From positions 3,332,152-3,396,151 of the forward strand of contig OZ242022.1 of NCBI GenBank assembly GCA_965204945.1: a stretch of DNA of 64,000 bases, written 5' to 3'. Below the pieces are notes generated by a model. The model was given only the letters and a program-made list of their open reading frames with translations. It was not told the origin of the DNA and ran no database searches. The position numbers and the translations under genes were made by a program. This document shows positions 9,884 to 20,400 of the stretch, one piece after another; position 1 is the first letter of the stretch; every line of letters starts with the position of its first letter. The stretch is from Limisphaerales bacterium (GTDB lineage Bacteria > Verrucomicrobiota > Verrucomicrobiia > Limisphaerales > AAA164-E04).

Positions 9884-10161
9884 TGTTCCTCGCCCGTGTG
9901 GAAGGTAGCGTGGTGGCGACGCGAAAGCACAAAAGCCTGCGCGGACAGCGGCTAATCCTTTGCCAGCCGATGAATGCCTCTGGAGACGCCGAAGGCGTTC
10001 CAATCATCGCCGTTGATCCTTGGGGAGCCGGCCTGCGCCAAAAAGTCATCGTCTCTTCGGACGGCGCCGCCGCAAAAAAAGCCGTGAACGATCCCAAAAG
10101 TCCGGCCCGCATGATGATTGTCGGAATCGTCGACGAAATTAGCCAAACCGCGAAGCCATGA
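9883..10161 (+). CDS. BMC-P vertex pentamer (EutN/CcmL family)
   Basis: MFLARVEGSVVATRKH...AVDPWGAG...IVGIVD. Confidence 0.92.
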   Translation: MFLARVEGSVVATRKHKSLRGQRLILCQPMNASGDAEGVPIIAVDPWGAGLRQKVIVSSDGAAAKKAVNDPKSPARMMIVGIVDEISQTAKP

Positions 10162-10460
10162 AAATCGGAACCGTCATCGGCCGCGTCACTCTCAACAAAA
10201 CAACGCCCCGCTTGAAGGGAGCGCGTTGGTTGCTCATAAGCCCTTGCGGGCGAGAGGAACTGCAACGGCAAGAACACTCAAAACCCCAAATCAGCGAAGA
10301 ACCATCATTAGTCGTCTTCGACGATCTTGGCGGCGGATTGGGCGACCAAATCGGCTTTGTCGAAGGCAGAGAAGCGTCTTCGCCCTTTGACAAGCCAACG
10401 CCAATAGACGCCATCAACGCGGCCTTGATCGACAAGATTTTCTATTCTCCAAAACCATGA
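10158..10460 (+). CDS. BMC-P vertex pentamer (divergent EutN/CcmL)
   Basis: MKIGTVIGRVTL...VFDDLGGGLGD...EGREA...PIDAINAALID. Confidence 0.88.
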   Translation: MKIGTVIGRVTLNKTTPRLKGARWLLISPCGREELQRQEHSKPQISEEPSLVVFDDLGGGLGDQIGFVEGREASSPFDKPTPIDAINAALIDKIFYSPKP

Positions 10461-11521
10461 AACCGATCATCAGCGCGCGAGACGTCGAAGCCTTGTTCGA
10501 GAAAGGAGGATCGCCCGAAGACCTGCCCGCAAACGCCCTCTTGACTCCCTTGGCGCGGGAAACTATCCGGCGCCGGCAAGCCAACGGCGACAAAGCCTCT
10601 TCCGCCGCCGCAAAATTATCTCCAACGCCTTCCGCTCCTTCGCTTCCTCAAAAAGTTTCTTCCTCCAGTTCTTCCGCCGAATTGGAAGCCTTTTTTCACA
10701 CTCCGTCCGTGCGCAATCTCAAAGAACAGATTTGCGACGCGGGAAAGCGAATGTGGCAGCGCGCTTATGTGGACGGCAACGGCGGGAACATTGCCGTTCG
10801 CGTGGCCGAAGGACTGGCGCTCTGCACGCCGACGCTCGTATCCAAAGGCTTCATGAAACCAGAAGACTTGTGTTTGGTGGATTTGGAAGGCGACCAAAAA
10901 GCCGGCAAAAAAGAGCGCACCAGCGAAATCCTAATGCACCTTCAAATCATGAAGGCGCAACCCCGCGCCAAAGCCACCGTCCATTGCCATCCGCCGCACG
11001 CCACCGCCTACGCCGTCGCCGGCATAGAACCGCCCACTTGCATGATTCCTGAAATCGAAGTCTTCGTTGGCAAAGTGCCAATTGCGCCCTATCGAACGCC
11101 GGGCACTCCGGAGATGGGAAAGCTGGTGGCCGAACTAGCCGACCATCATAACACCATTCTAATGGGCAATCACGGCGCCGTTTCCTGGAGCCATCTGAAC
11201 GTAGAAGACGCCTACTTCAAAATGGAAATCTTGGAAGCCTACTGCCGCACGGTTTGGGTGGCCTCCCAACTAGGCGCCCCATTGAAAACCATCAGCGCGG
11301 CGCAGTTGCAAGACCTCCTCAAAATCAAACAGAACCTCGGCATCCCAGACCCGCGCATCGGCCTAAAAGAATGCGAACTTTGCGACAATAACCCTTGGCC
11401 TCCCGTCTCCGCCTGCGCGCCGCCGCTCCCAGCGCAATCGGCAGACGCTGCTCCCAACGCCGAAGCCGAAGCCCTTGTCCAAACCATCACAGATCAAATA
11501 ATGTCTGAACTAAACGACTGA
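10457..11521 (+). CDS. Class II aldolase (fuculose/rhamnulose-phosphate aldolase-like, PVM signature enzyme)
   Basis: GNGGNI, TSEILMH, HCHPPHAT, MGNHG; C-terminal encapsulation peptide AEALVQTITDQIMSEL. Confidence 0.9.
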   Translation: MKPIISARDVEALFEKGGSPEDLPANALLTPLARETIRRRQANGDKASSAAAKLSPTPSAPSLPQKVSSSSSSAELEAFFHTPSVRNLKEQICDAGKRMWQRAYVDGNGGNIAVRVAEGLALCTPTLVSKGFMKPEDLCLVDLEGDQKAGKKERTSEILMHLQIMKAQPRAKATVHCHPPHATAYAVAGIEPPTCMIPEIEVFVGKVPIAPYRTPGTPEMGKLVAELADHHNTILMGNHGAVSWSHLNVEDAYFKMEILEAYCRTVWVASQLGAPLKTISAAQLQDLLKIKQNLGIPDPRIGLKECELCDNNPWPPVSACAPPLPAQSADAAPNAEAEALVQTITDQIMSELND

Positions 11522-11551
11522 CGAATTCAACGCCGAATTAGGAATGGAAAA

Positions 11552-13027
11552 ATGAAACCGAACTGCAAGAACCGCACCGTCTTCATTGGCGACAACCGCG
11601 AAGTGATGCTCGGCCTGAACGCCGAGATTGCCGACGCCATCATCACCGACCCGCCCTTCAACTCCGGGCAAATGCGCAAAGACGACAAAGTCAAAATCGA
11701 TAAAAAGAAATCGGCGCACTTGCCTTATCCGGTGGACGAAGACGGCTTGGCCGCCCGCGCCTACAAAGACCAATGGAAAATCGGCGACCTCTCCAAACGG
11801 GAATTGGAATTCATCAAATACAAAGACAAAGACTTGGTGCGCTTCTGCCAAATCATCGGTAACCAGCATTCCGACGGCATGGAAGCCTACTTGCTGTTTA
11901 TGGCCTCCCGCTTGCTCCTTTGCCACGAAATCCTCAAAGAAACGGGAAGCATATTCCTCCACTGCGACCACTCCGCCAATGGCTACCTCCGAATGTTGAT
12001 GGACGCCATCTTCGGCAGAGAGAATTTTAGGAATGAGATTGTTTGGTGGTATAAGAACGCATCGCGCGGCAAGCGGAACTGGGCAAAATCTCACGACACC
12101 ATCCTCTACTACGCCAAAAACGCCGAGCATGTGAAGTTCAACCTCGACGCCATTCTAGTTCCGTTCGAGAGCGGGATGACGGCTTGGCGATATTCCAAGG
12201 GCGGACAAGCGGACAAGGAAATGCCAAAAGGGAAAACGCCCGACAACGTGATGTGCATTCCATCGCTAAACACAATGGCAAAAGAGCGTTGCAAAGACTG
12301 GACGACGCAGAAACCATTGAAGCTTTACTCTCGGCTTGTCAAAGCCTGCACCAAACCAGATGATTTAGTGATTGACCCGTTTTGCGGATGCTCCACGACG
12401 CTGATTGCGGCGGAAAATGCGGGATGCGAATGGATCGGCATGGACATCAATCCAGATCGCATCGCTCTGCTGAACGAACAATTCGAAAAACTCGCTATCC
12501 AAGACCTGTGGAAAGGCAAAGTTCACATCAAAGAAATCAAATCCAAAAGAGACTTGCCGAAAAGGAAAGACAACAGGCCGTCCAAAAAGAAGATGGAGTA
12601 TTTCAAAACCGAACTGTTGAAGAAGCAAAGGAAGTTCGAAGGCCAGCACCACTACTACCACTATTGCGCGATTTGCAAGAATCCATTCTCGGAGGAGTAT
12701 TTGGAAATAGACCATATCTATCCGAAAGCCGAGGGCGGCGAATGGATCCCAAAGAACCTTCAATTGCTCTGCTCTCGGTGCAATCGGCGCAAAGGCTCGA
12801 CAAAAACGAACGAACAGGTGGAGAAGGAATTGAGAGCGGAAGGCTTACTTTTCCATCAAAGAGCCGCCGTCCATGCCTACACGGGAATCCCCGCCGAAGA
12901 GTATCTGAAAAGAGAAGAAAGCCAAGAAGAAGAAAACCCCAAGAGCGAGCCTCGTCGCAAGCCAAAGAAAGCCAAGAAAGATTGGAAGCGCAAGAAAAAC
13001 GACAGGCAACCAGATATGGGATTATGA
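11552..13027 (+). CDS. DNA methyltransferase fused to a C-terminal HNH endonuclease
   Basis: TDPPFNS, TQKP, DPFCGCST; then CAIC...EIDHIYPKAEGG...NLQLLCSRCNRRKG. Confidence 0.88.
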   Translation: MKPNCKNRTVFIGDNREVMLGLNAEIADAIITDPPFNSGQMRKDDKVKIDKKKSAHLPYPVDEDGLAARAYKDQWKIGDLSKRELEFIKYKDKDLVRFCQIIGNQHSDGMEAYLLFMASRLLLCHEILKETGSIFLHCDHSANGYLRMLMDAIFGRENFRNEIVWWYKNASRGKRNWAKSHDTILYYAKNAEHVKFNLDAILVPFESGMTAWRYSKGGQADKEMPKGKTPDNVMCIPSLNTMAKERCKDWTTQKPLKLYSRLVKACTKPDDLVIDPFCGCSTTLIAAENAGCEWIGMDINPDRIALLNEQFEKLAIQDLWKGKVHIKEIKSKRDLPKRKDNRPSKKKMEYFKTELLKKQRKFEGQHHYYHYCAICKNPFSEEYLEIDHIYPKAEGGEWIPKNLQLLCSRCNRRKGSTKTNEQVEKELRAEGLLFHQRAAVHAYTGIPAEEYLKREESQEEENPKSEPRRKPKKAKKDWKRKKNDRQPDMGL

Positions 13028-13143
13028 GAGGAGCGAAGAAGAAGCAATAAACTGCGCAAACTCGGCGGATATTTTTCCTTTCTAACGGAGATTTCCATTC
13101 CAGAACAACGATATTTCTCTAATTCTATTGGCGAAAAATTGAT

Positions 13144-14070
13144 ATGAAAATAACGATTATTGGGGGCGGCGGCCGAGTGGGGTCGTGCGCGGCCTTTGCC
13201 TTGCAGGCGGGAGGGATTGTTTCGGAAATTCAACTGCTGGACGCCAATGCGAACGCGGCCGAAGGCGAGGCTTTGGATTTGCTTCACGGAAGCGCTCTGG
13301 CGGCCGATCAACGAATTTACGCCGGCGATTATCAACGAGCCGCTGATTCCGACGTCTTTCTCATTACGGCCGGATTGCGGCGAAAGCCGGAGGAATCGCG
13401 CTTGGACCTCATCAATCGAAACGTCGCGCTGTTTCTGCAAATTCTGGAAAGCATACAACGCGCCGGCCATTCCAAGGAGGTGAAGGTGTTTGTGGTTTCC
13501 AATCCGGTGGATATTTTAACGCATCTGGCGGTGGAGCGGCTGGATCTTCCTTGGGAGCGGGTGATTGGGTTAGGCACTATGTTGGACACTTCTCGTTTTT
13601 GTTCGCTGATTGCCGACGCCTTGAATTTGGCGCCGACGCAGGTGCTGGCCTTGATTTTAGGGGAGCACGGCGATTCGATGTTGCCTGTTTGGTCTTCCGC
13701 AACCGTGGAAGGGCTTCCCTTGACGGGGCTTGCGGAGTGTCATTCTGGCTTTCAGAACGCCGTCTTTGAGCGCACTCGCAAGAGCGGCGCCGAAGTGATC
13801 CAACGAAAGGGAGGCGCCGGCTGGGCCGTTGCGGCGGCCATTCGAGAGGTGATTCACGCCATTGCGTTGGATCAAAGGCGCTTGCTTCCCGTTTCCTCGC
13901 TCGTGCGAGGCGCTTATGGAATACGGGACGTCTGTTTGAGCGTGCCTTCGATGGTGGGGCGGGAAGGCATACTGCGGCATGTGGAGTTAAAACTTTGGCC
14001 TAAGGAACAAATGGCCTTGCAAAATTCTGCCCGCGCCTTGAAGGGAACTTTGGCAAAAGCCCGTCAATAA
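13144..14070 (+). CDS. Lactate/malate dehydrogenase family (PVM-associated)
   Basis: IIGGGGRVG, ITAGLRRKP, VSNPVD, GTMLDTSRF, LGEHGDS. Confidence 0.92.
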   Translation: MKITIIGGGGRVGSCAAFALQAGGIVSEIQLLDANANAAEGEALDLLHGSALAADQRIYAGDYQRAADSDVFLITAGLRRKPEESRLDLINRNVALFLQILESIQRAGHSKEVKVFVVSNPVDILTHLAVERLDLPWERVIGLGTMLDTSRFCSLIADALNLAPTQVLALILGEHGDSMLPVWSSATVEGLPLTGLAECHSGFQNAVFERTRKSGAEVIQRKGGAGWAVAAAIREVIHAIALDQRRLLPVSSLVRGAYGIRDVCLSVPSMVGREGILRHVELKLWPKEQMALQNSARALKGTLAKARQ

Positions 14071-14088
14071 ATACCAAGCGGGAAGTTG

Positions 14089-15333
14089 ATGAAGTCTCTG
14101 GATCAAAAATTGGCCGAAATCAAGGCGGATCCAAACTCCAAAGCCTTCGTCATTGCCGACGCCAAGGACGCCGACATGGCCTTTGGCGTGCGGGCGTTGG
14201 GCGCTCGCCGCAGTCTTTCCGCCAATGAAGAGCGGACGGCGCGCCTCTCGCCCGAAACGGGACCTTGCGGGGAGTTTCCCTGCCGCAATCTTCCTGAATT
14301 TCTGGACGTCATCCGCAAAATCGTCTGGCAAGGCGCAGTGGACATCATGCTGATGTCGGCCTCCGTGAATGAACTTCTGACCATAAAGGAGCGGTTGTTT
14401 GAGCGAACGGCGGTGACTCCGGCCGCTCGCGCTAATGATTCCACCGACATCTGGGCGATTCGACACGGCCGCTACGCTAAAGAACCTTCGCAACCGTTTC
14501 GCAGCGCCTCCATTGATTCCGTCCGATGCGGACAATCGGCCTGCGTTCCCAATCCAAGAGGGATTCCGGGAGCGGACTTAGGCCTTTACTCGCTGACTTT
14601 TGTCAACCGTCCCGCAGAGGATCGGCAAAGTTTGGAAGCATTTCGCGCCTTTCGCGAAGAAGCGGAGCGAAAGAGGTTTCGGTATTTTTTGGAAGTTTTT
14701 GACCCCAACGTGCCAGCCGGCGTGCCGGCCGAGAAGTTGGGCGAGTTCATCAACGACAACGTCGTTCGCAGTCTTGCCGGCGTCACGGAGGCCGGGCGTC
14801 CGCTTTTCCTCAAAATCGCCTATCACGGCCCGCGGGCAATGGAAGAGTTGACGCAATACGATCCCCGCCTTGTCGTCGGCATCTTGGGCGGCAGCGCCGG
14901 GACAAGTTATGACGCCTTCCGCCTTCTTCACGACGCCCAAAAGCACGGCGCCAGAGCCGCTCTTTTTGGACGAAAAATCAACCGCGCCGAGCATCCGTTG
15001 GCGTTCATCGAAATGCTTCGGCTGGTTGCCGACGGGCGAATCCGTCCCATAGAAGCCGTTCACGCTTACCACGAAATCCTTCGAAAGAAGAAGGTTCGCG
15101 CCCTGCGTTCTTTGGAAGAAGACCTCCAATTGACCGATCCTGCGTTGCTCCGCGACCAGAGAACGCCCGCGCGAAAATCTTCGGCGAACGCTTTCTCCAA
15201 AGTGGGAAACCCGGACTTTGCCCGAATGTCCTCCGCCGAACGCCTCGACTATCATCGCCAACGGCTCCACCGAATCTTCGAGCGGCCTCAAAAATCTTCC
15301 GCCGCAACCCCAACCCAAAAAAGCGGCGATTGA
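14089..15333 (+). CDS. Uncharacterised TIM-barrel protein, class I (DhnA-like) aldolase-like
   Basis: FLEVF, FLKIAY (candidate Schiff-base Lys), VVGILGGSAG, ALFGRKI; 18 bp after the LDH gene. Confidence 0.55.
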   Translation: MKSLDQKLAEIKADPNSKAFVIADAKDADMAFGVRALGARRSLSANEERTARLSPETGPCGEFPCRNLPEFLDVIRKIVWQGAVDIMLMSASVNELLTIKERLFERTAVTPAARANDSTDIWAIRHGRYAKEPSQPFRSASIDSVRCGQSACVPNPRGIPGADLGLYSLTFVNRPAEDRQSLEAFRAFREEAERKRFRYFLEVFDPNVPAGVPAEKLGEFINDNVVRSLAGVTEAGRPLFLKIAYHGPRAMEELTQYDPRLVVGILGGSAGTSYDAFRLLHDAQKHGARAALFGRKINRAEHPLAFIEMLRLVADGRIRPIEAVHAYHEILRKKKVRALRSLEEDLQLTDPALLRDQRTPARKSSANAFSKVGNPDFARMSSAERLDYHRQRLHRIFERPQKSSAATPTQKSGD

Positions 15334-15366
15334 CAAGCAACCGAGCTTCTTGTAAAAATTTTGCCC

Positions 15367-16011
15367 ATGTATTTTGTCCAATACCATCCGCTGAAAGAAA
15401 AACTAAAGGAACGCACTATCAGCGATAAAGAAGCGTTTTCTTATTTCATTTTTGTCAGCATCTTGTTCGTTTCTGCGATTACTTGTTCTATGCTTTTCGC
15501 TATACATTTCAAATTCGACGAGCGGAAGTTGGTTATCTATGGTGCGCTATTCCTTCTTTTGACTATCATCGGCATTTTATACGTGTATTCGCAAAATGGC
15601 GGCCGATGGGGATACGACTTTATACAGAAATTTCTTCTTTTGGGTTGGGTGGCTGCCTTTCGTTGCCTGCTTTTCTATATTCCAATAATGTTTCTTCTCC
15701 ATGTTCTTCTCCCTAATTTAAGTGAGCAAATTTCGCAAGAATTGGAACGCCGAGTGGAACGCCTTTTCGAGGATCCAGATTCCGCCGAGGATCCAGATTC
15801 CGCCGAGGATCCAGATTCCGCCGAGGATCCAGATGCAAATTGGCTTGATATTTTGACGAAAGTTTTCTCTACTATTTTGACGAAATCATTCTCTAATATT
15901 GTGACGCCAGCCGTACTCTACATCATCTTCTTTCAGCAATTGGGTAAACTTATTAAAGGAACGGTTATTCAAGAAACGGCAAAAGAAGATGTCGTGGGAA
16001 ATGGTGAGTGA
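15367..16011 (+). CDS. Multi-TM membrane protein with an internal tandem repeat
   Basis: About four hydrophobic helices; SQNGG..GYDFIQKF motif; AT-rich; (EDPDSA)n insert. Confidence 0.65.
   Translation: MYFVQYHPLKEKLKERTISDKEAFSYFIFVSILFVSAITCSMLFAIHFKFDERKLVIYGALFLLLTIIGILYVYSQNGGRWGYDFIQKFLLLGWVAAFRCLLFYIPIMFLLHVLLPNLSEQISQELERRVERLFEDPDSAEDPDSAEDPDSAEDPDANWLDILTKVFSTILTKSFSNIVTPAVLYIIFFQQLGKLIKGTVIQETAKEDVVGNGE
15769..15834 (+). repeat. 18-bp tandem repeat GAGGATCCAGATTCCGCC, about 3.7 copies
   Basis: Perfect direct repeats visible in the sequence. Confidence 0.95.
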
Positions 16012-16141
16012 GCGATCTAGATTGACGGCCTGTTATTTTGCGCGCTAGAAAATTTGAAATACGGTTGACGCGGCGCATGCTCAGTTGTTTTTCGGGAGCG
16101 GCCGAATTGGGAAGGAAAAGTTAGAAACGAATGGGAAAGTT

Positions 16142-16693
16142 ATGATTCGACTTCGATCCGATTGCTTGATTATTCAGATATCCGGTGGAGAGCAGTTCCC
16201 CTGCCCGGTGGAAGTGGTGGCCACGGGGTTGATTGGCAAAGCCGTGGATTGGATGAGCCCGGAGGTGATTCAGAACGTCACCGCCGCCGTGTTGCATTTT
16301 TTTCGAGAAGAGCAAGATCGGGAAGTGGTTTCCGTGGCCGAGTTTTCCGAAGCCTTGGAAAGCGTGCTACAGAATCTCGGCTACTCGGTAAACGCCGCGG
16401 CGAAGCAGAAGCGCATGATTCGGAACGCCGACATTAACGATTGGATCTGCGAATCCGAGGGAGAGATGGAACTGGCGATGTATTTACGCCTGCGATTGGA
16501 AATGGAACGTTTGCTAAAAAACACGCCCAGCGAGTTGCGGCTCATAGGCTTGCACGGATGTGTGAAGCGAGTTTTGCGCGCGCGACGTTGGAGCCGGCGT
16601 TGTCAAGTTTTCAGAGATCAAGTGGTTTCCTTTATGCGGCAGTGTTTTGACGAGCATGCCTCGGCGGATTGCCTGCTTGTGGTCAAAGGCTAA
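16142..16693 (+). CDS. Hypothetical protein
   Basis: 183-aa ORF with GLHGCVKRVLRARRWSRRCQ; tightly linked to the HIT gene. Confidence 0.65.
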   Translation: MIRLRSDCLIIQISGGEQFPCPVEVVATGLIGKAVDWMSPEVIQNVTAAVLHFFREEQDREVVSVAEFSEALESVLQNLGYSVNAAAKQKRMIRNADINDWICESEGEMELAMYLRLRLEMERLLKNTPSELRLIGLHGCVKRVLRARRWSRRCQVFRDQVVSFMRQCFDEHASADCLLVVKG

Positions 16694-16706
16694 GCGATTG
16701 GCTTTT

Positions 16707-17051
16707 ATGAGTCAGACCTTATTTGAGAAAATTATCGCCCGCGAGATACCGGCGCAAGTCGTTTATGAAGATGATCGAGTCTTTGCTTTTCGCGATATTC
16801 AACCGCAGGCGCCCGTTCACGTTTTGATAATTCCCAAAAAACCCATCCCGCGGATTGCCGCCGTCACAGAGGCGGATAAAGACTTGCTCGGCCATTTGCT
16901 TTTGCAGGCTCGTTCCATTGCGGAGAAGTTGGGATTGTCTGAAACCGGCTATCGTTTAGTCATCAACAACGGCCCTGACGGAGGCGAGTCCGTGCCGCAT
17001 CTTCATTGCCATTTGCTTGGCGGCCGCGCATTGGGCTGGCCGCCGGGATAG
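16707..17051 (+). CDS. Histidine triad (HIT/HinT) nucleotide-binding protein
   Basis: TLFEKII, FRDIQPQAPVH, HLHCHLLGGR. Confidence 0.93.
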   Translation: MSQTLFEKIIAREIPAQVVYEDDRVFAFRDIQPQAPVHVLIIPKKPIPRIAAVTEADKDLLGHLLLQARSIAEKLGLSETGYRLVINNGPDGGESVPHLHCHLLGGRALGWPPG

Positions 17052-17314
17052 CCAACTTATTTACACAGGTTGTCCGGGCAATTTTTGTTCGCGGACAGCC
17101 GGGGTTGCATTGCGCATTTGAGATTTTTCGGTCGTTTCAGGGATATTTCCCAAAGAAAAATCACGGCGGGCGCAACTTTGTTTCGGAGAAATCCAGTTGC
17201 CAATCCATTTATCTAGAGCGGATGATATTGAGGCCAAGTCGATATGGCCTCGTCTAGTCCACGTGGTTCTCGGTGCGTCCTTGAGTTGTGTCGGGATTCT
17301 CTCCTTCTTTTTCC

Positions 17315-17473
17315 ATGAGCGATTCAGAGGTTGTTAACGGGTTGGTCTTGGTATCCGCAATAGCGGTGTTCTTCCTTTGGCTAGATTGGCGCAGTCCGGA
17401 ATCGCGCAAGCACAGAGTAGAGCGGATTGAAGCAGAGAAACAAAGAGAGGCAGAGCGCCGGCGTGGTCGATGA
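17315..17473 (+). CDS. Small single-TM protein (tentative)
   Basis: 52 aa: TM helix followed by a charged tail. Confidence 0.35.
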   Translation: MSDSEVVNGLVLVSAIAVFFLWLDWRSPESRKHRVERIEAEKQREAERRRGR

Positions 17474-17495
17474 GCGCCTTTCGGTCTCAACGAGT

Positions 17496-20400
17496 TCAAG
17501 GGGCGGCCGCGCGTAGCCTGTTCCACAAAGCGGCGCGGTTTAGAAAGACTTTTTGGTCTTGCCGCCATTGTGCGTAGCCGATTTCGCCATTGCGGGTGAG
17601 CCAGTTGATTTTTTCGTTCAGGCAGGCAAGGAGGGCTGTGTCTTCTGCGGCCAGAGTAAATCCGCCGCGTTCTTTGGCTTGGAGGTCGACTGCGGTCACG
17701 ACAAAAGCGCCTTCGGAAAGGTGGGCGGCGTCTTGGTTGCCAATTTCTCCCCTTGCCAAGGCGTCGATTTGTTTGTCGCGGAGGGCTTGGAGGAGTTCGG
17801 CTTCGCCGGTTTCCAAGCCGAGATAGATCACTTGGGGCATTGTTGCGGACGGAGGCCGCAGGCGCGAACGTTCGCTTAGGTTGTCTGTGGATTGCGCGGC
17901 GGTGATTTGATAGGCGGGACTGCCGTCCGCCGTCACTTCGCCATTTGGAGTTTCGACGCGTGTGCCAGAGGCAAGGGTGCCTTCGTCGTTGACTAGCCCG
18001 GTGAGTTGTAGCAGGCGGAACTCTCCGGTAGTGCCTCGAAGAACGCCGACGCGAACGTCGCTGTTTAGAGAATCGTAGTTTGCCAGATTGGAAGCGTCTT
18101 CGGCGCGAACTAACAGCGATTGGCGAAACGCAACGTGGCCGGAGGTGAAGGACACGATTGGTTGGCCGGAGGCGTCGAGCGTGCGGCTTCCCAAAATGGT
18201 AATGCCGCCGCCGATGAGGTCGTATTCCGATGTTGCGGAGCGCAGCCAGATGCCGTCCCAGTCAGGGATTGCCTTGCGGGAGAAGGATAGGCCGGCGCCG
18301 TCCAGCGCTTCCAAAGCGGTCAGCAAGTCGGCCTCGTAGCCGCGATGCTGATTAAAGCCGGAACAGGCAGGGTTGTCCGGCGTTTCGCTGTGACTGATTG
18401 GAGAGAAGAAGGCGTAAAAGCCGACGTTCAGAGTCCGATTGTCCTCCGCGCAGGGAACGGATTTGAAAGTTGGATCCACTCCTTCAATCAAGCGAAAGAA
18501 GAGAGTGTTTTCTGGAAAGTTTTCCAGAGGAAAAGCGAAGGGATTGTTGTTGCCTTCGATGGTTTCCACGGTTTCCCACTGCGTCAAGTCGACGGACTTT
18601 TGGAGGCGAAAGACGCCGCCGGACGGAACGGACGCCGTCAATGATTGCCGATCAACAGCCAGGGCGACCAGCGGATTGAGGGCGGGCGCGTCGTTGTCCA
18701 CGATGTCAATCATGGCTCGGCTGGGGCAGCCCACTTCATAGCCGTTCCCCGGCAAGAGCGAGATTTCCACGGTTTCTACTCCTTCCACCGCATCGTCGTC
18801 CATCGGCGAGAGAGTCAGAACGCGGCTGGATTCACCGGCGGCGAAGGCGAATTCTTGGCGCGGAAAAGAGAGCGCAAAGTCTTCGGAGAGAACCGCCGAT
18901 CCGGAAAGCATGAGAGATACTTTCAAAGTTTCCGATGGATCGCCGGCGCGCGAAATCCGCCATTCGCCATTGCGTTGTCCCTCTTCGAAGGCCAGCGCTT
19001 GCAAGGTTTCGATGAATATTGAAGGCAAAGGAGCTTCGGGAGGGAGCGGTGTTGTCGAGGTCAATACGCTTTCTAGATTGGTGCCGACGGCCAGATTATC
19101 GATGGCCAACTCTCCTATGCCGTCGCTTGCTCTGCCGGTTTGGCGAAAGGCAAAGGATGTGATGTCCACTGCCGAGGTGGTCTCTTGGCTTTCGACGTTT
19201 GGGGTGGATGTTTTTTCCAAGGGATTCAACCAGAGGCGCGTCCTTTCACTCTTCACTTGGTAGCCGAGAACGACTCGATAGTTTTGCCCCAAATCCAACA
19301 AGTCTGCAGCGTAATTTGGATTCCCTGAAGAACTCGGAAGCACGCCCAGTTGAAATTTTTCAGCGTCGTCTTCGACCGGCCGCAAGTAAAGCCGTCCCCG
19401 AAACGCCGTGTTGGACTGGCCTTTGAAGTGGGCAAAGTAATTTCCCGAACCGGAAGCCGCCGCGCGCAGAATCAAGTCAAAAGCGGCGAAGAGTTCTGAT
19501 TCTCCATCCGCTGAAAAGGGCTGACCGGGAATTTCCAAGTGGACGTCTTCCGTGCTTTCGTCGTTCAAGCGAAGGGCGCCTCCCGCTGTTCGCGTTTGTT
19601 CTGGTTGGCCGCTGTGGGTTGCCCAACCGGGAAGGGAAACCACCGGCGCGTCCGGGCCGGAAAAGCTTTTTTGTATGAGCAATCCTTGCCGGTCGTCGTC
19701 CTGAATCGTCCAAGCAATCCGTTCGGTTTCCAGTTCGTAGTGCGGCGCTTCCACCGAGAACGAAACTTCAAGAACTTCGTCCGGCTCAACTTCCTTGTCG
19801 TTTAGCAACGGAATCGACAGCGCAACCGATTCTTGGCCGCTCTCAATGACAATGGCTTCGGGAGGCGCGGCAAAGTCGCTTCCAACCTGCGCCGTTCCCG
19901 ACCAAGTCAGCGCGATGCGGAGTTCTTCCTCCGTTCGCTCCGTTCTCGTGCAAGTAAGCAACAGCGCCTCGGCGCCTTCTTGAATCGTTTGGCTTTCGGC
20001 GACAATGCGGATGACGGCAACGGGTTCCGGCTCCGGTTCTGGTTCGGGAGGCAGTTGGGAAGAAGGGCCGGCAAGGGCTTCTTCCAAAGTGGAGGCCACG
20101 ACCAAGTTGTCGATTTGAAGTTCTCCCATGCCGTCTCCGCTGCTGAGCGATTGGCGGAAGGCAAATCTCGTGATTGTTTTTGGATTGGCGGAATCGTCTT
20201 TAACCGATTCGGAAGCCTCGTCTGTTGGATCCACCCACAAAGTCGAATCGGCGGTTTCCACTTCGTAGCGGAGGGCGACTTGGTAGCGGCCGCCGATGGC
20301 AAGCGGTTGCGGGAAAAATGCGGCTTCTGAAGACTTTGCGCCATTGGAAATGCCAATTCGGTAAAAGCCCGCTTGCCCGTCCGTTGTTGGCGCGATGAAC

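Noticed and set aside
7889-10003. 704-aa minus-strand ORF
   Set aside because: Antisense shadow of well-supported BMC genes; no recognisable motifs.
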